The notes under the pieces are model-generated. The model worked only from the letters and a program-made list of their open reading frames with translations. It made no database searches and was not told the origin of the DNA. A stretch of 64,000 nucleotides of DNA from a virus: positions 1,237 to 65,236 of IMG/VR virus record IMGVR_UViG_3300009514_000018. One strand, 5' to 3'. A program made the position numbers and the translations under genes. Every line of letters starts with the position of its first letter. The stretch's first letter is position 1. Positions 36,424 to 47,252 of the stretch are shown piece by piece.

Positions 36424-37788
36424 ATGGTTTATAGCTGGACCATATCAGTCGATGGGCAGACCTTCGAGGAGATGAATCTCCGCGACAGGGTGACTGAATT
36501 TTCGGTGTCCCACCAGGTCCCCAAGGCGGCCAAGAAAAAGAAGAAGAAAAAATCAAAGTCCAATAAGGAGACTTCTTCTGGCAGGAGGGGTGGCCATGAG
36601 GCTTCGGTAACTTTGGTCAACCATGATCAGAAATTGACCAAGTTCTTCCGTACTCTGGACAAAGTGAAGATTTGGTTGGGCCTCAACGGAGAGCAGTTTT
36701 ATCAGGGGACCTTCAGGATTACGAAGGTTAGCCACAGTGGGAATGAATCTCAGCGACCGACCGTGACCCTCAGTTTTGGCTGTAAGTCCTTCGATGCTGT
36801 TCGCCAGATGAAGACCCGGGTTTGGAATGCCCACACAGTTCTGATGGTGCTCGAGTCGATAGCTTCGGATTATGGCTGGGATCTGAGCGTCGATGAAGAC
36901 ATAGCAGCCGCCACTTCTGTGGTGAATCTCGCCAAGTCAGCCTATGTTTCTGACTGGGATTTCCTGAATCAGTTGGGAGAAGACCTCGGCGACATGGATG
37001 TTCTCCTCACTTACCCAGCGAAGGTTAAGCTGAGGGAGGAGGCTACCCCAACACTCAAGATCGTCAAGGAGCGCTACGAGGCTGCCACCTCTCCGGATGG
37101 TCGTCCCATCAAGCTTTACTACGGGCAGTATTCCGATCCCAACGGTTACTATATCCAATCCTACGAGACTTCTTCCGACGTGAAGGAGCCCAAGGCGACC
37201 AAGGGTGGAGATGTAGACAAGACCGGGGCGAAGAAGGGTGAGGAAAAGAAGGACGATACTTGGGGTCTGAAGGGGCCCCCACGATATGGTTCTACTGGGG
37301 AAGTAATCTTCGAGGAGGACCCCGCTGCTGCCGTTGAGAATTCTGATGGTAGCTCCGGGGGAGTTGCTGAGATGCAGCCCAGCGGCCCCATTTCCTCCAA
37401 GGATACTAAGAACTTGACTACCAAGGTCAATGTTGCCATCGAGAACAGCAAGAAGACCGAGTTGAACATTACTTTGGCTCATCCCATGCCGTTCCTTACT
37501 ATCCAGTCGCAGGTTGAGTTATACGGCATCCTGGGCTTTGAGGGAGTGTGGGATGTCAAGACCGTGAAGCACGGCTTCTCTGGTACAGCGTTCCTGAGAA
37601 CTGAGATGACGCTGAACAAGAAGATTGCGGGTGTTCCCAAGAAGAAGGATGACACCGGTAAGAAGCAGGATCCTAGAGAAGGGGATGACACCTGGGAGCT
37701 GAAGTTCAAGGCTAGGAGTGCTTCAGCAGTTTTTCAGAATGAGCCTCCTAGTGCTCCAAGTCCGAATGAAGTAAGGCGGACGAACTAA
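36424..37788 (+). CDS. Baseplate hub (late control D/gp27-like)
   Basis: SDWDFLNQL and WDVKTVKHGF..T.M.L motifs; canonical position. Confidence 0.75.
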   Translation: MVYSWTISVDGQTFEEMNLRDRVTEFSVSHQVPKAAKKKKKKKSKSNKETSSGRRGGHEASVTLVNHDQKLTKFFRTLDKVKIWLGLNGEQFYQGTFRITKVSHSGNESQRPTVTLSFGCKSFDAVRQMKTRVWNAHTVLMVLESIASDYGWDLSVDEDIAAATSVVNLAKSAYVSDWDFLNQLGEDLGDMDVLLTYPAKVKLREEATPTLKIVKERYEAATSPDGRPIKLYYGQYSDPNGYYIQSYETSSDVKEPKATKGGDVDKTGAKKGEEKKDDTWGLKGPPRYGSTGEVIFEEDPAAAVENSDGSSGGVAEMQPSGPISSKDTKNLTTKVNVAIENSKKTELNITLAHPMPFLTIQSQVELYGILGFEGVWDVKTVKHGFSGTAFLRTEMTLNKKIAGVPKKKDDTGKKQDPREGDDTWELKFKARSASAVFQNEPPSAPSPNEVRRTN

Positions 37789-39200
37789 TGCAGTTTGCTG
37801 GCCATTTCAAAGGTCGGGTTGTCGATGTGGAGGATCCGCTCAAGAAGGGTCGGGTGCGGGTAGAGGTACCTGCACTGGGTCCAGGGGTGGGTGAAGAAGC
37901 GTCCCCTTTCATCACGGACTGGCTGCCTGTGGAGGTAAGTCCCGGTTCTGTCAGCTCCCCTGACCTGGGAGAGACAGTCGAAGTTTCCATGGGGGCCTTT
38001 GGCCTCACGGAGAATGATGGCTCTGTGACAGGGGTCCTCCCTAGAGAAGATCTGGATGGGACTCCCCTTGTTCCCAACCCCGCCAAGGGTGTGGAAGATT
38101 ATCCCGATGATCTTGGTCTCGAGGAGATGCGAGTTGTTCCCCCTGACCAGGGCGATGACAAAGCTCCTCCTGACTTTACTCCTCCTCTCTCGGGTGACGA
38201 GGATGTGCCGAAGGGAAGTATCAACTTCCACGACACTCAGTCGCAGTACCAGGAAGATGTGGCGTGGCCCAGGACCTCTTCGCGGCAGCAGGGGTGGGTG
38301 CGCACCGAGCTAGATCCTGATGGAGGTCGGGCCAAGATTCTGGCCAGGGGTGGAAACCAGGCTGAGGTGGGGCCTTCTGGAATCACAATGAAGGGTGGCT
38401 CCCTCTCCTTTACCTCCAGAGGCCGGACTGCCTGTTTTACAGCTGGGAACAAGGGCGAAGAGGTAGGGCGCTTCCGGTTTCTCAAGGTAGGGGGTGGCGA
38501 GAAGATAGAGACCAGGAACCGGGACATCTCAGCCATCCGGCTGAAGACCAACAGCAGCGTCGAGGAGAAGACCATCCTCGTCAGCAGGACCCTTACCGTC
38601 AAGGGCTGGTCCGAGCACAATGTGGGCCTCAAGTACACCCGCTCTGTTGGGAAGGATGCGAACCTCATATGCTTCAGCGAGAATCGTGAGGTGGTCAACA
38701 AGAAGATCGAGCTGATCGGTGGTGGCCTCGCAGCAACCGCTGGCCCTGGGGTTCTGGCCTCCGATATAAAGATCGTTACTGCCGGTAACACTATTGAGAG
38801 TCTCCTGATAGGTAACCGGGATATCATTTTCTTGAACCCCCTGAATCGTCTTCGAGTGGGATACTCTTCGGTTGCTGGGGTAGCGACAGCTGGTATGCTG
38901 CCGCTCGCTGGGGCTCCACTGTTCAACGAAACTTACGGCGCTTCTTTACTGTCCCCTTTAGGGGCTCCAGGGGCTCACTACTTTAATGCTCTGGTGAAGG
39001 GGAGTTTCATCCAGTCGCTCGTCCTTACCTTGGGGGCTCTGGCCGTTGAGTTCGGGAGCCTGGCTGTCAACCTTCCCCTGGGATCCCCACAGTTCCTGGC
39101 AATCCAGACGACTCTCACTACCTTTGCGGGCATACTTCAGAGTGATCTCCTGGCTTATCCAGCGAGTTTCTATACCACGAATTCTATCGAGGCAATTTGA
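37788..39200 (+). CDS. Baseplate central spike (gp5/gpV/VgrG OB-fold)
   Basis: FKGRVVDVEDPLKKGRVRVEVP OB-fold signature. Confidence 0.85.
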   Translation: MQFAGHFKGRVVDVEDPLKKGRVRVEVPALGPGVGEEASPFITDWLPVEVSPGSVSSPDLGETVEVSMGAFGLTENDGSVTGVLPREDLDGTPLVPNPAKGVEDYPDDLGLEEMRVVPPDQGDDKAPPDFTPPLSGDEDVPKGSINFHDTQSQYQEDVAWPRTSSRQQGWVRTELDPDGGRAKILARGGNQAEVGPSGITMKGGSLSFTSRGRTACFTAGNKGEEVGRFRFLKVGGGEKIETRNRDISAIRLKTNSSVEEKTILVSRTLTVKGWSEHNVGLKYTRSVGKDANLICFSENREVVNKKIELIGGGLAATAGPGVLASDIKIVTAGNTIESLLIGNRDIIFLNPLNRLRVGYSSVAGVATAGMLPLAGAPLFNETYGASLLSPLGAPGAHYFNALVKGSFIQSLVLTLGALAVEFGSLAVNLPLGSPQFLAIQTTLTTFAGILQSDLLAYPASFYTTNSIEAI

Positions 39201-40279
39201 TGGCTACCTGGGGCGTATTAGGTCTTCCTGATGCTGACGAATTCATTGAGAAGCTTCAGGAAGCGCGTTCTCTCCTTGAGGATCTGGACGCCGGTTTCGA
39301 GGCCATCGATACCGTTCTCGAGGCTGCCCAGGGGCCGCTCGAGCTGGCTGAGGGAATCCTAAGGGTTCTCTTCGATCCTGACGCGGTGGATGTCACCCTG
39401 GGACTCCTAGCTGGAGTCGTCGAGCAGCTGTTGGCCCAGCTGTTTCAGCAGGGAGCCTGGTTCCTCCCCGTGTGGCCTCAGAATGTCCGAAGGTGGGGCG
39501 AGCCTCAGCCTCTTCTGGGGAAGAGCTTTTACAAGCCTGCCGAGGTTCCTCAGGTCATCAATGATCTCGATGCAGCCACTGACGAGATCTCTGCTTATCT
39601 CGAGGCGGCCAGGACGGATACCGGGATTCAGTACCTCACTGAAACTTTCCGAGCAGCTGTCGAGGATCCATGGGATCCTTACAAGCCCATTCTCAGTGAC
39701 AACGGCTTCGCTGGAGGAATCGTCCTGGCTGTTAGTGCTGACGATCCAGCTTCCCTGGCTCAGTCGGCGGAGCTGATCAACTTCATCTTCCAATCTCGTG
39801 AAGCTGCGGCTTTCTTTAGGTCACTGGATTTCAGCAGATTGAGTGCCATCGAGGTGAGGGAGCAGGGTATCCCTCCCGATTTCGTCAGTGTGACCATAGC
39901 GGATCTCTTCCCTCCCTTCTCGGATTACGTGAGGGCGTTGGTGGCATTTCTGGAACAGGCAGCAGGAATTGACTCGTATATCGGCAAAATCATCGATGGT
40001 ATACAGCTCGCCATCGAGATGGTGCAGTACATCCTGGGACTGGTTATCGCCATCCTCAAGTTCTTCGAGATTCTTCTCTCGATCAACTTTGCAGCGCTCA
40101 AGATCCCGGTGGAGCGAGGTGGGATACCTCGGTTCATCGAGGAGATGGAGGACGCCAACAACCAGCCGACCGGGAATTATGCGGCTGGATTTATTATCAT
40201 GGTAGGTGCGGAGGATCTGACAAGTGTCGATGCAGCATTCGAATTTCTCTCGAGAATCCTTTTCGTCGAGAGCGAATGA
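39200..40279 (+). CDS. Baseplate-region hypothetical protein, acidic and helical
   Basis: TGATG-coupled to the spike gene; 359 aa. Confidence 0.65.
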   Translation: MATWGVLGLPDADEFIEKLQEARSLLEDLDAGFEAIDTVLEAAQGPLELAEGILRVLFDPDAVDVTLGLLAGVVEQLLAQLFQQGAWFLPVWPQNVRRWGEPQPLLGKSFYKPAEVPQVINDLDAATDEISAYLEAARTDTGIQYLTETFRAAVEDPWDPYKPILSDNGFAGGIVLAVSADDPASLAQSAELINFIFQSREAAAFFRSLDFSRLSAIEVREQGIPPDFVSVTIADLFPPFSDYVRALVAFLEQAAGIDSYIGKIIDGIQLAIEMVQYILGLVIAILKFFEILLSINFAALKIPVERGGIPRFIEEMEDANNQPTGNYAAGFIIMVGAEDLTSVDAAFEFLSRILFVESE

Positions 40280-40310
40280 GGACGGTGTCATATCTTCCGT
40301 CCTGGGAGAT

Positions 40311-40622
40311 GTGTCCGAGGAAAAGGAACGTAGGCTTCAGCAGAGCCTGGCTGACCTCGAGAAGGAGAAGGATACCAAGCAGCAGGAGTACGAGCACGCT
40401 CTCTTCGAGTGGAACGAGCGGCTCCGGCAAGCTGATGAGCAGCCCTGGGCTTCTATCCTTCTCTATCTCCAGCTCCAGGGACTGAGCAACGTCCTGGAGC
40501 GCACCCAGTCTCAATATGTGAGGCTGACGGCCAGGACTAGGGCCGCCAAACTAGAGCTACTTTGGATAAGGGGAGCACGATGGATAATATCGGTACTGGA
40601 TGGGCGTTTCCTGTCCGAGTAG
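40311..40622 (+). CDS. Small coiled-coil protein
   Basis: GGAG RBS then GTG at 40311, in frame with tracked ORF 40224..40622. Confidence 0.5.
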   Translation: MSEEKERRLQQSLADLEKEKDTKQQEYEHALFEWNERLRQADEQPWASILLYLQLQGLSNVLERTQSQYVRLTARTRAAKLELLWIRGARWIISVLDGRFLSE

Positions 40623-41308
40623 AGCAGTCTGGCCGCGCCAAGGTTCAGAGTCGATCTACCAGCCCTTACGACTTCTCGGCCTTTCCTGGCGGAGCCCTTC
40701 TTTGGGTATACATGAACGATGGTATCCGTCAGGAATTCTCCATCGATCAGGGTGTCTGGTCAACGACCATGATAGTGAGCTTCCTGAGTGACCTTAACGG
40801 CGGGAGAGCCCACAACAACGAGGGTTACCTTGAGATTATTTCTGACGAGGAGATTCCTGGTAAATCCTTTATTACTATCGATGCTCCTTCGCTCGCCGAC
40901 GCTGCAGTTCCTCTCTCGCTTCCCAAAGGAACAGTCAAGGGGTATGGTCGGGGAACGATCGCATGGTCTCGCAACCCCGACTTCGAGCTGGTGACGGATG
41001 AGGAGACAAAGCAAGAGCTGGCCCAAGCCATGCTCATCCTTCTTCTCACGGCCAAGGGCGAGCTTCCCATGGTTCGGTCCTACGGTGTGGGTCTCCGGGA
41101 GCTGGTTTTCCAGCCCATCAATCCCCGGTTGTTGTCGGTCATCAGGCATCGCATAGCCAAGGAGACTCTCCGCTGGGACCCTCGGGTTTTTCCTGAGAGG
41201 ATCGACGTGGTAGGATCGGACAATAGGTTGTTTTTGGATGTGGGATTCGCGGCCAAGGATCAGCAGATCACCGGCCAGGTTCCTATTCCTTTGAAGGGAC
41301 CGGAGTAG
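40580..41308 (+). CDS. Baseplate wedge gp25/gpW-like protein with an inserted domain
   Basis: IGTGWAFP N-terminus; LLLTAKGELPMVRSYGVGL..LVF and WDPRV motifs. Confidence 0.85.
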   Translation: MDNIGTGWAFPVRVEQSGRAKVQSRSTSPYDFSAFPGGALLWVYMNDGIRQEFSIDQGVWSTTMIVSFLSDLNGGRAHNNEGYLEIISDEEIPGKSFITIDAPSLADAAVPLSLPKGTVKGYGRGTIAWSRNPDFELVTDEETKQELAQAMLILLLTAKGELPMVRSYGVGLRELVFQPINPRLLSVIRHRIAKETLRWDPRVFPERIDVVGSDNRLFLDVGFAAKDQQITGQVPIPLKGPE

Positions 41309-41312
41309 AAAG

Positions 41313-43049
41313 ATGGGACTTCCTGATGCCGTATTCACCACACTGAAGAAGGATTTCCAGTCTCTCGTCGATGAGATGCTGGATAGAATTCCTTACTTTA
41401 CTCCAGAGTGGACCGACAGGACTCTCTCGGATCCTGGCATTGCCCTCATTCACGTCTTCGCGTGGGTGCTGGATGCGTACTACTGGACGAACGAGCTTCT
41501 CCTCAACGAGGGGTTCCTCTTTACCTGCAGGAGGAGATCTTCGCTTCTCCTTCATCTCCAGCAGCTGGGAACAACCATGCTCCCACCCAATGCGGCCACT
41601 GCCAACGTGACCGTAACAGTGGAGAGTGTGGATCCAACGGTTGGTCCCGGGGTTACCTACTTGAGGAGCGGGTTTCAGCTCCAGGCTACTCTTCCTGACG
41701 ACGTGCTGATCTTCGAGATGATCGATGACTCGGTGGCTCTTCCGGGTGCGAATCAGACTGTGGACATAGCCGTGAGAGAGCAGATTACCATTGGCAGCCC
41801 CGTATCTCTGGGCAACTCGAATGGTCGTCCCTTTCAGACTTTTCTCATTCCGTCCGATAGCGTGCTCCACAACGACATCCAGCAGACCATCGAGATTCAA
41901 GTAGGGGGAGTACAGTGGACAGAGGCCAACCTTGCCTATTCCGGTCCCCTGGATCAGCACTACATGGTGCTATGGCAGGCTGACGGTCGTCCTCTTATCG
42001 TTTTCGGTGATGGCGATGCCGGAGCCATTCCTGCTCTCGGCTCCAATATCTCAGCTATCTACGCCGAGGGCGGCGGTATCAGGGGTAATAAGGCGTCAGA
42101 AGGCACTATCCTCCAGACCGTGAGCGCAGCTCCTCGGGGATACCGTCTTTCCGTTACCAATAGTGAGGGAGCTTCCGGTGGAAGTGACTGGGAGACCTTC
42201 GAGCGGGCTCGTCGAAGGGGCCCGATCTTCTGGGCCACTCAGGACCGTGCTGTCACGGCGGCAGATTATGAGGCCCTGGTCCTTTCTGTTCCTGGTGTGG
42301 CCAAGGTGAGGGCGGAGCCTTCAGGGTATTCGACAGTCATGATCTGGATTGTCCCTTCCGGTGGTGGGCAAGCTTCCTCTCTTCTCCGGGCTGTTGCTCT
42401 CTTCGCCCTCGAGGATCGCATCGGCACTGATGTGGTCTCAATGGGAACCTGGGATCCAGGTCTTGGAGATTACCGGACCGCCTACTATGCCGAGGTCGAT
42501 ATTGCCCTCAATCTCAGAGTAGAAGATCGATATTCCAGGACTCAGGTCCGCGGAGCGGTAGGGCTGGCCATCCAGAGTTGGCTTTCCATCTCCGAGAGAA
42601 ACTTTGGGGAGGTTCCCAGCGGCTACCTTTATCTTTCGGATCTCTTCGAGGTGGTGGAGGGAGTAGTAGGGGTAAACTCTGTGGATGTGGGCCGCTTCTC
42701 CCGGGCTACAGAGGTTTACTGGGATCAGAAGACCGGCGATGGGGTGGTGACTAGCATTACCCCCACTTCTTCCGCGGTGAATGAGACCTGGACGGTTACC
42801 TTTATCTCCAGCTCCTCCTTCACTGTGGCGGGGAGCCTATCAGGTGGGCAGGGGTTTGGTTTCGTGGATACAGAGTTTACTGCTGCTGACGGGCAACTGG
42901 TCATGCTGATATCTAGCGGGGCTACCTCCTACCAGAACGGAGACAACTTCTGGTTCAAGACCTCCAGAAGAGTAGGGAACATTCCGCTGGATCCCAGGGA
43001 GTTCCCCACGCTCAGGAACTTGGTGATCGCCGCAGAAGGTGGGTACTGA
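41313..43049 (+). CDS. Baseplate J-like/gp6 wedge protein (eCIS-like type)
   Basis: DFQSLVDEML.RIP..PEWTD..SDPG; VFGDG..G.IP; RAVTAADYE motifs. Confidence 0.9.
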   Translation: MGLPDAVFTTLKKDFQSLVDEMLDRIPYFTPEWTDRTLSDPGIALIHVFAWVLDAYYWTNELLLNEGFLFTCRRRSSLLLHLQQLGTTMLPPNAATANVTVTVESVDPTVGPGVTYLRSGFQLQATLPDDVLIFEMIDDSVALPGANQTVDIAVREQITIGSPVSLGNSNGRPFQTFLIPSDSVLHNDIQQTIEIQVGGVQWTEANLAYSGPLDQHYMVLWQADGRPLIVFGDGDAGAIPALGSNISAIYAEGGGIRGNKASEGTILQTVSAAPRGYRLSVTNSEGASGGSDWETFERARRRGPIFWATQDRAVTAADYEALVLSVPGVAKVRAEPSGYSTVMIWIVPSGGGQASSLLRAVALFALEDRIGTDVVSMGTWDPGLGDYRTAYYAEVDIALNLRVEDRYSRTQVRGAVGLAIQSWLSISERNFGEVPSGYLYLSDLFEVVEGVVGVNSVDVGRFSRATEVYWDQKTGDGVVTSITPTSSAVNETWTVTFISSSSFTVAGSLSGGQGFGFVDTEFTAADGQLVMLISSGATSYQNGDNFWFKTSRRVGNIPLDPREFPTLRNLVIAAEGGY

Positions 43050-43051
43050 TC

Positions 43052-44731
43052 ATGAATGACTACTGGATCTGGAAGTGGCAGGCTTCGGCCAATGGCTTGC
43101 CAGATACAGGGCGTCCCTTGAGGTGGCCCATCACTGCGATTGGGGCCCCGGTCTATGGTATCGTTGGTAATTACTTGGCTCTTGCTGCGCCCCAGGCTTC
43201 CACCTTCATAGCCTCCAAGGCGTTCCCTCAGAGCGACTGGGCGTACTACCGCAATAACATGGAAGCTCGCTTCCAGGTGTTCAACATCTCACCTTCCTTG
43301 AGCCCAAACTCCTCCGATAATACCGGGCCGGTAATTGTCTTGGACGATGGGGTCAAGAGGATCACTGTGGGACTGGTTGTGGCCTCTCGCCAGGATATCC
43401 GTGTTGACTATCTGGGCGTGTTGGGAGGCTTGAATCCCTACGACATCTCCAGTTGGTATTGGCGGCGCGAGATCGATCTGGATGGAAGGTGGCATACAGT
43501 TCAGATTAGATCTTATCCGGGTTCCTGGGTGCAGATCTATCTGAATGGCCTTCTCTGGCTGGAGATGCCCTACGCGAATCTCCCTGCCTCTACTGCCAGG
43601 GAGGTTGCTTGGGGCTATGACATCGGTAGAAGCGGCGTCGAGATGCTGTGGGATTACGTCCAGTTCTATCACGATGCCGTGGGGAGGATTCAGCCTGCCT
43701 GGTCCGTCTATGATGCTGCCCTGAAGACTTACCCTGTAGACACTTACGTAGCCTCGGCCATCTCGAGGCCCCCCTTCACTCTGTCTGCAGGGCTTGTTCC
43801 TCTCTCTCAGGTTCGATCTTTTCTGGAGCCTGTCCTGACCAACGCTGGGTGGACTGTCCTTCTCTCGGGTCCGACTGGGAGTCCAGTGACCAACGGTCCC
43901 TTCGTGGTCTATCAGCCCCCAGCTGCTTCCTTCTGGCTGTATCTGTGGTGCGAGCCGGGCGTGCTGAATGCCCTGGTCTTTGACGCCCCTTACGGCAACA
44001 TCGCTGACCTGTTCACCTTCCCTCCGCCCGTCCCTGTGACGACTCATCCACCGGTTTCGTGCCGGATGAATGAGTTCCTTCAGCCTTTTGTGACGGCGAC
44101 GGATACGTCATTTCACTTCTTCGCTTATGGGGAATCTCCGGCGACGGAGTTCGGGGGCTACCTCGAAGTGGATCTCGGAAGGACTATCTATCCGACGGTG
44201 ACGGATCCTGCTCCCGCAATGATTACGGGAGGAACGGAGTCAGCCTGGGTGGCCTTCCACCGGGGTCCAACGGGGGTGTGGTCGGAGCTGCAGCCCTCCT
44301 GGATTCTGGATCCAGGGAACATTGGTAACGGGGACGCTTCCTGGAGGTACTTGGGGCTTCTCCATACGCAGCCCAGTGAACTTACCTTCGTGACCCTGGC
44401 GGATCTCTTCGATGAGATTCTGGAGAACAACTTTCTCCCCGTTGGTGACGAGGTGATTGTTCAGACGGATGACCCCAGGAGGACCATCACCCGCTACCAG
44501 CTCTACCAATACCACTGGGGCGAAGCTGCTTCCATCCCTGGTGTTCCTGAGACCAGGTTCTTCCCTCGGAGTTCTCTCCTGACTTCGGAAGGCTTGATGG
44601 GATCGGTGATTCGTTCTTCTAATCTGAACTTCTTCATTCGGCCTCCCATGGGGCCGGAGTCTGGAATGACGTTCCCACTCTCTCACTTTGTAGGAGGTCT
44701 CTTCGATAGGGACTTGATTATCGATGGGTGA
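43052..44731 (+). CDS. Tail-associated protein with LamG/ConA-like beta-sandwich
   Basis: DGRWHTVQI..VQIYLNG motif; Trp/Tyr-rich. Confidence 0.6.
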   Translation: MNDYWIWKWQASANGLPDTGRPLRWPITAIGAPVYGIVGNYLALAAPQASTFIASKAFPQSDWAYYRNNMEARFQVFNISPSLSPNSSDNTGPVIVLDDGVKRITVGLVVASRQDIRVDYLGVLGGLNPYDISSWYWRREIDLDGRWHTVQIRSYPGSWVQIYLNGLLWLEMPYANLPASTAREVAWGYDIGRSGVEMLWDYVQFYHDAVGRIQPAWSVYDAALKTYPVDTYVASAISRPPFTLSAGLVPLSQVRSFLEPVLTNAGWTVLLSGPTGSPVTNGPFVVYQPPAASFWLYLWCEPGVLNALVFDAPYGNIADLFTFPPPVPVTTHPPVSCRMNEFLQPFVTATDTSFHFFAYGESPATEFGGYLEVDLGRTIYPTVTDPAPAMITGGTESAWVAFHRGPTGVWSELQPSWILDPGNIGNGDASWRYLGLLHTQPSELTFVTLADLFDEILENNFLPVGDEVIVQTDDPRRTITRYQLYQYHWGEAASIPGVPETRFFPRSSLLTSEGLMGSVIRSSNLNFFIRPPMGPESGMTFPLSHFVGGLFDRDLIIDG

Positions 44732-47252
44732 TATACGATTTCCATATACTTCGGCCCTGAACCTGTGGGGCCAGCTGATCACCTTCCTGGTCAGCGAGGG
44801 GTGGACCGTTCGCATGAGGAGGCTCACCACCGATCCTCTCCTTCCGGGCATCTGTATTCTCGAAGGCGGAAAGGAGTCGAAGTGGACAGCTCCTCCGGTC
44901 ATCGGTATCCACTACCTTCCCACAGCTCCCAACGGGACGATTGCCTTCCAAGCGTTCAAGCAGAGGGCTTACCTTCCCACAGGTCTCTCGGACTTCTTCG
45001 ATGATGGGAATCTCAGCTTCCGCTGGATCCTTCATCTCGAAGGGACCAACGTGGAGGATCCGGAGGAGACCGCTGCCCAGACCCTCCAGCTAAAGCCTGG
45101 GATCGGTTCCTGGGCCGTGGGAGTGGACACCTATACCTACGTCTACCAGGGTGTACCGGGAGAGCCCTATGCCTTCGAGGCCAGGATCGTTGCCTATGAT
45201 GGCTTTGTCAATGATGGGGCTGTTGGAGTAGCCATAAGGAACAACGTCAATGACCACTTCGTCCGCTTTTACGCCGAGCGCTCAGGCGGCGTCTACAGCC
45301 TCGTGGCGGACTACTCTGACGGAGTCGGCGTCTTCGTCATCAAGTCGGCTCTCATTGTGCTCAGTCCCCCGACTGACCTCTACATCGAGCAACTCGGCGG
45401 CCTCCTGCTCTTCTACTATCGCCAGAACAATGGAGCCTGGCAGCTGTTCGACTTCATCTCCTTAGATGAGAGGGTCTACTTCGATGGAGACGAGGAAGCC
45501 GGGATGTTTGCCTACTCCACGGTGGATACCTGGGAGCCTCAGTTCGGGTACTTCACCTGGCAGCGGTATTTCTATGGAGCTGGAAATCCGCTCTACTTCG
45601 CCAACATCTTCGAGATCGATCCCGCTGCGCCGGGTCAGTGTGTGGTCGCTTCCGACCAGTCGAAGTTCACTCTCTTGACCGATCCTGTCGCTGGGACAGA
45701 GGAGATTGTCCATGCCGGGGCCTTCCAGGATCACACCGATTCGAGGTTCTTCGACTCCAAGGTCTGTCTCATCAAGCCCCTCGAGAACAAGCTGGGCCTC
45801 TACGTCAGCGATATGGACGTTCCCAAGGCCAGGGAGGGTCTCAATCCCGAGCAGGCTACTGCTGCCCTGGGTCGTCCTTACGTGCGCACCACAGCTCTCT
45901 CCTGGGCCTTAGAGGATCAGCCTCAGACCAGGGATGGGAGCTTTATCCTTCATCCCCTCTTTGTGGGTGTCCAGTTCAGCGACAAGCAGTCTGCGGGTGA
46001 GACGGAGAACCTCTACATCACTGGCTCCGGAATCGGGGCTCCATCGGATTATGATTTGCTGGAATTCCAGTCCGAGCACTACCTCTACTTCGGAGGTGTG
46101 GTCTTTGGACCAGTCACTCCCATCGGTGGGGAGACCATCTACGATGCCATGCTGGTTACCTGGGTGGATCCCGGGCTCCGCTGGACCATCAACCAGCTCC
46201 TCCCCGCCACCTTCTCTGTCTACGAGGGAGCCGAGCAGCCACAGATTGTGGTGGAGTGGGGTGAGCCTCCAGCTGGTTGGGACGCCATCGATTCTCTCCG
46301 GGTGGTGAGGAAGCAGCAAGAGTATCCTCGGGATGTGGATGACGGCTTGACCGTCTACACTGGAGATGGTCTCGACGGAGGGATCTCCGATCGAGTTTTG
46401 CTGCCAGATCTCTTCTACTACTACAAGCTCTTCATCTTGAGAGATGGCTATGGCTGGGTCAGCGATGACAGCGTCCAGGGTAATGCCCTCTCCTGGCAGT
46501 CAGGTTGGGGCGAGTCGAAGATCTACAATAACCTTCCTTCGGTTTTCCGGGTCTATGATGCAATCCAGAAGTTCATCATGGAGCTGTCTCAGCGAAGTCC
46601 CGAGATTCTGAACTTTCAAGAGAATGAGCTGGCCAAGGGTTTTCTCAATCGAATGATCAAGAATTACGGCCTCGAGGTTGATCGCATCAGAGCGTTCCTC
46701 AAGGCCTTCGAGCTGTCCTGGAACCCTCTCGAGGGAAAGCTGGATTGGCTCACCCACATGGGAGGGAGGTACTTCTTTGCCCCCTTCCAGGGAGACCCGG
46801 GCATCCGGCAGCGCTTCGACTTTCTGGCGTGGCCTCACTGGCTACGCAAGAAGGGTACAGAGCTGCTCTATACCTCCATAATCGAGCAATCCCTTGGAGT
46901 AACCCCCAACATCTTGATTGGGTCGGAGAGGACGCTCTGGGCCTCGGTCTACCCCCAGTCACACACTTTCAATTTCGGGCCGACTTTCAACCCCGGCGTC
47001 GATCAAGGTAACTTCGACAAGATTGGCCACGAGGACGACCCGAACGTCTACACCCACGGGTATCGGACAGCGTATAATATCAAGGGGATTTTCGTTTACG
47101 TGACAGGAACTTTCACACCGGATCAGCTGGTGGAGGTGAAGGCGAAGCTCCGCCAGTTCACTCCCATCTCCTCGGTGATCCTGTTTCACGTCAACAACAA
47201 CCTGGTCTTCACGCTCAAGGTAGAGGAAGAAGATGGGACAGTTTACTGGTAA
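44724..47252 (+). CDS. Tail protein: lectin-like and FN3-like domains with C-terminal P2 gpI-like domain
   Basis: IVVEWGEP..RVVRKQ.EYP..DDG..YYYKLF (FN3-like); IYNNLPSVFR.., WL.HMGG and LRKKGT (tail-I-like). Confidence 0.65.
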   Translation: MGDIRFPYTSALNLWGQLITFLVSEGWTVRMRRLTTDPLLPGICILEGGKESKWTAPPVIGIHYLPTAPNGTIAFQAFKQRAYLPTGLSDFFDDGNLSFRWILHLEGTNVEDPEETAAQTLQLKPGIGSWAVGVDTYTYVYQGVPGEPYAFEARIVAYDGFVNDGAVGVAIRNNVNDHFVRFYAERSGGVYSLVADYSDGVGVFVIKSALIVLSPPTDLYIEQLGGLLLFYYRQNNGAWQLFDFISLDERVYFDGDEEAGMFAYSTVDTWEPQFGYFTWQRYFYGAGNPLYFANIFEIDPAAPGQCVVASDQSKFTLLTDPVAGTEEIVHAGAFQDHTDSRFFDSKVCLIKPLENKLGLYVSDMDVPKAREGLNPEQATAALGRPYVRTTALSWALEDQPQTRDGSFILHPLFVGVQFSDKQSAGETENLYITGSGIGAPSDYDLLEFQSEHYLYFGGVVFGPVTPIGGETIYDAMLVTWVDPGLRWTINQLLPATFSVYEGAEQPQIVVEWGEPPAGWDAIDSLRVVRKQQEYPRDVDDGLTVYTGDGLDGGISDRVLLPDLFYYYKLFILRDGYGWVSDDSVQGNALSWQSGWGESKIYNNLPSVFRVYDAIQKFIMELSQRSPEILNFQENELAKGFLNRMIKNYGLEVDRIRAFLKAFELSWNPLEGKLDWLTHMGGRYFFAPFQGDPGIRQRFDFLAWPHWLRKKGTELLYTSIIEQSLGVTPNILIGSERTLWASVYPQSHTFNFGPTFNPGVDQGNFDKIGHEDDPNVYTHGYRTAYNIKGIFVYVTGTFTPDQLVEVKAKLRQFTPISSVILFHVNNNLVFTLKVEEEDGTVYW

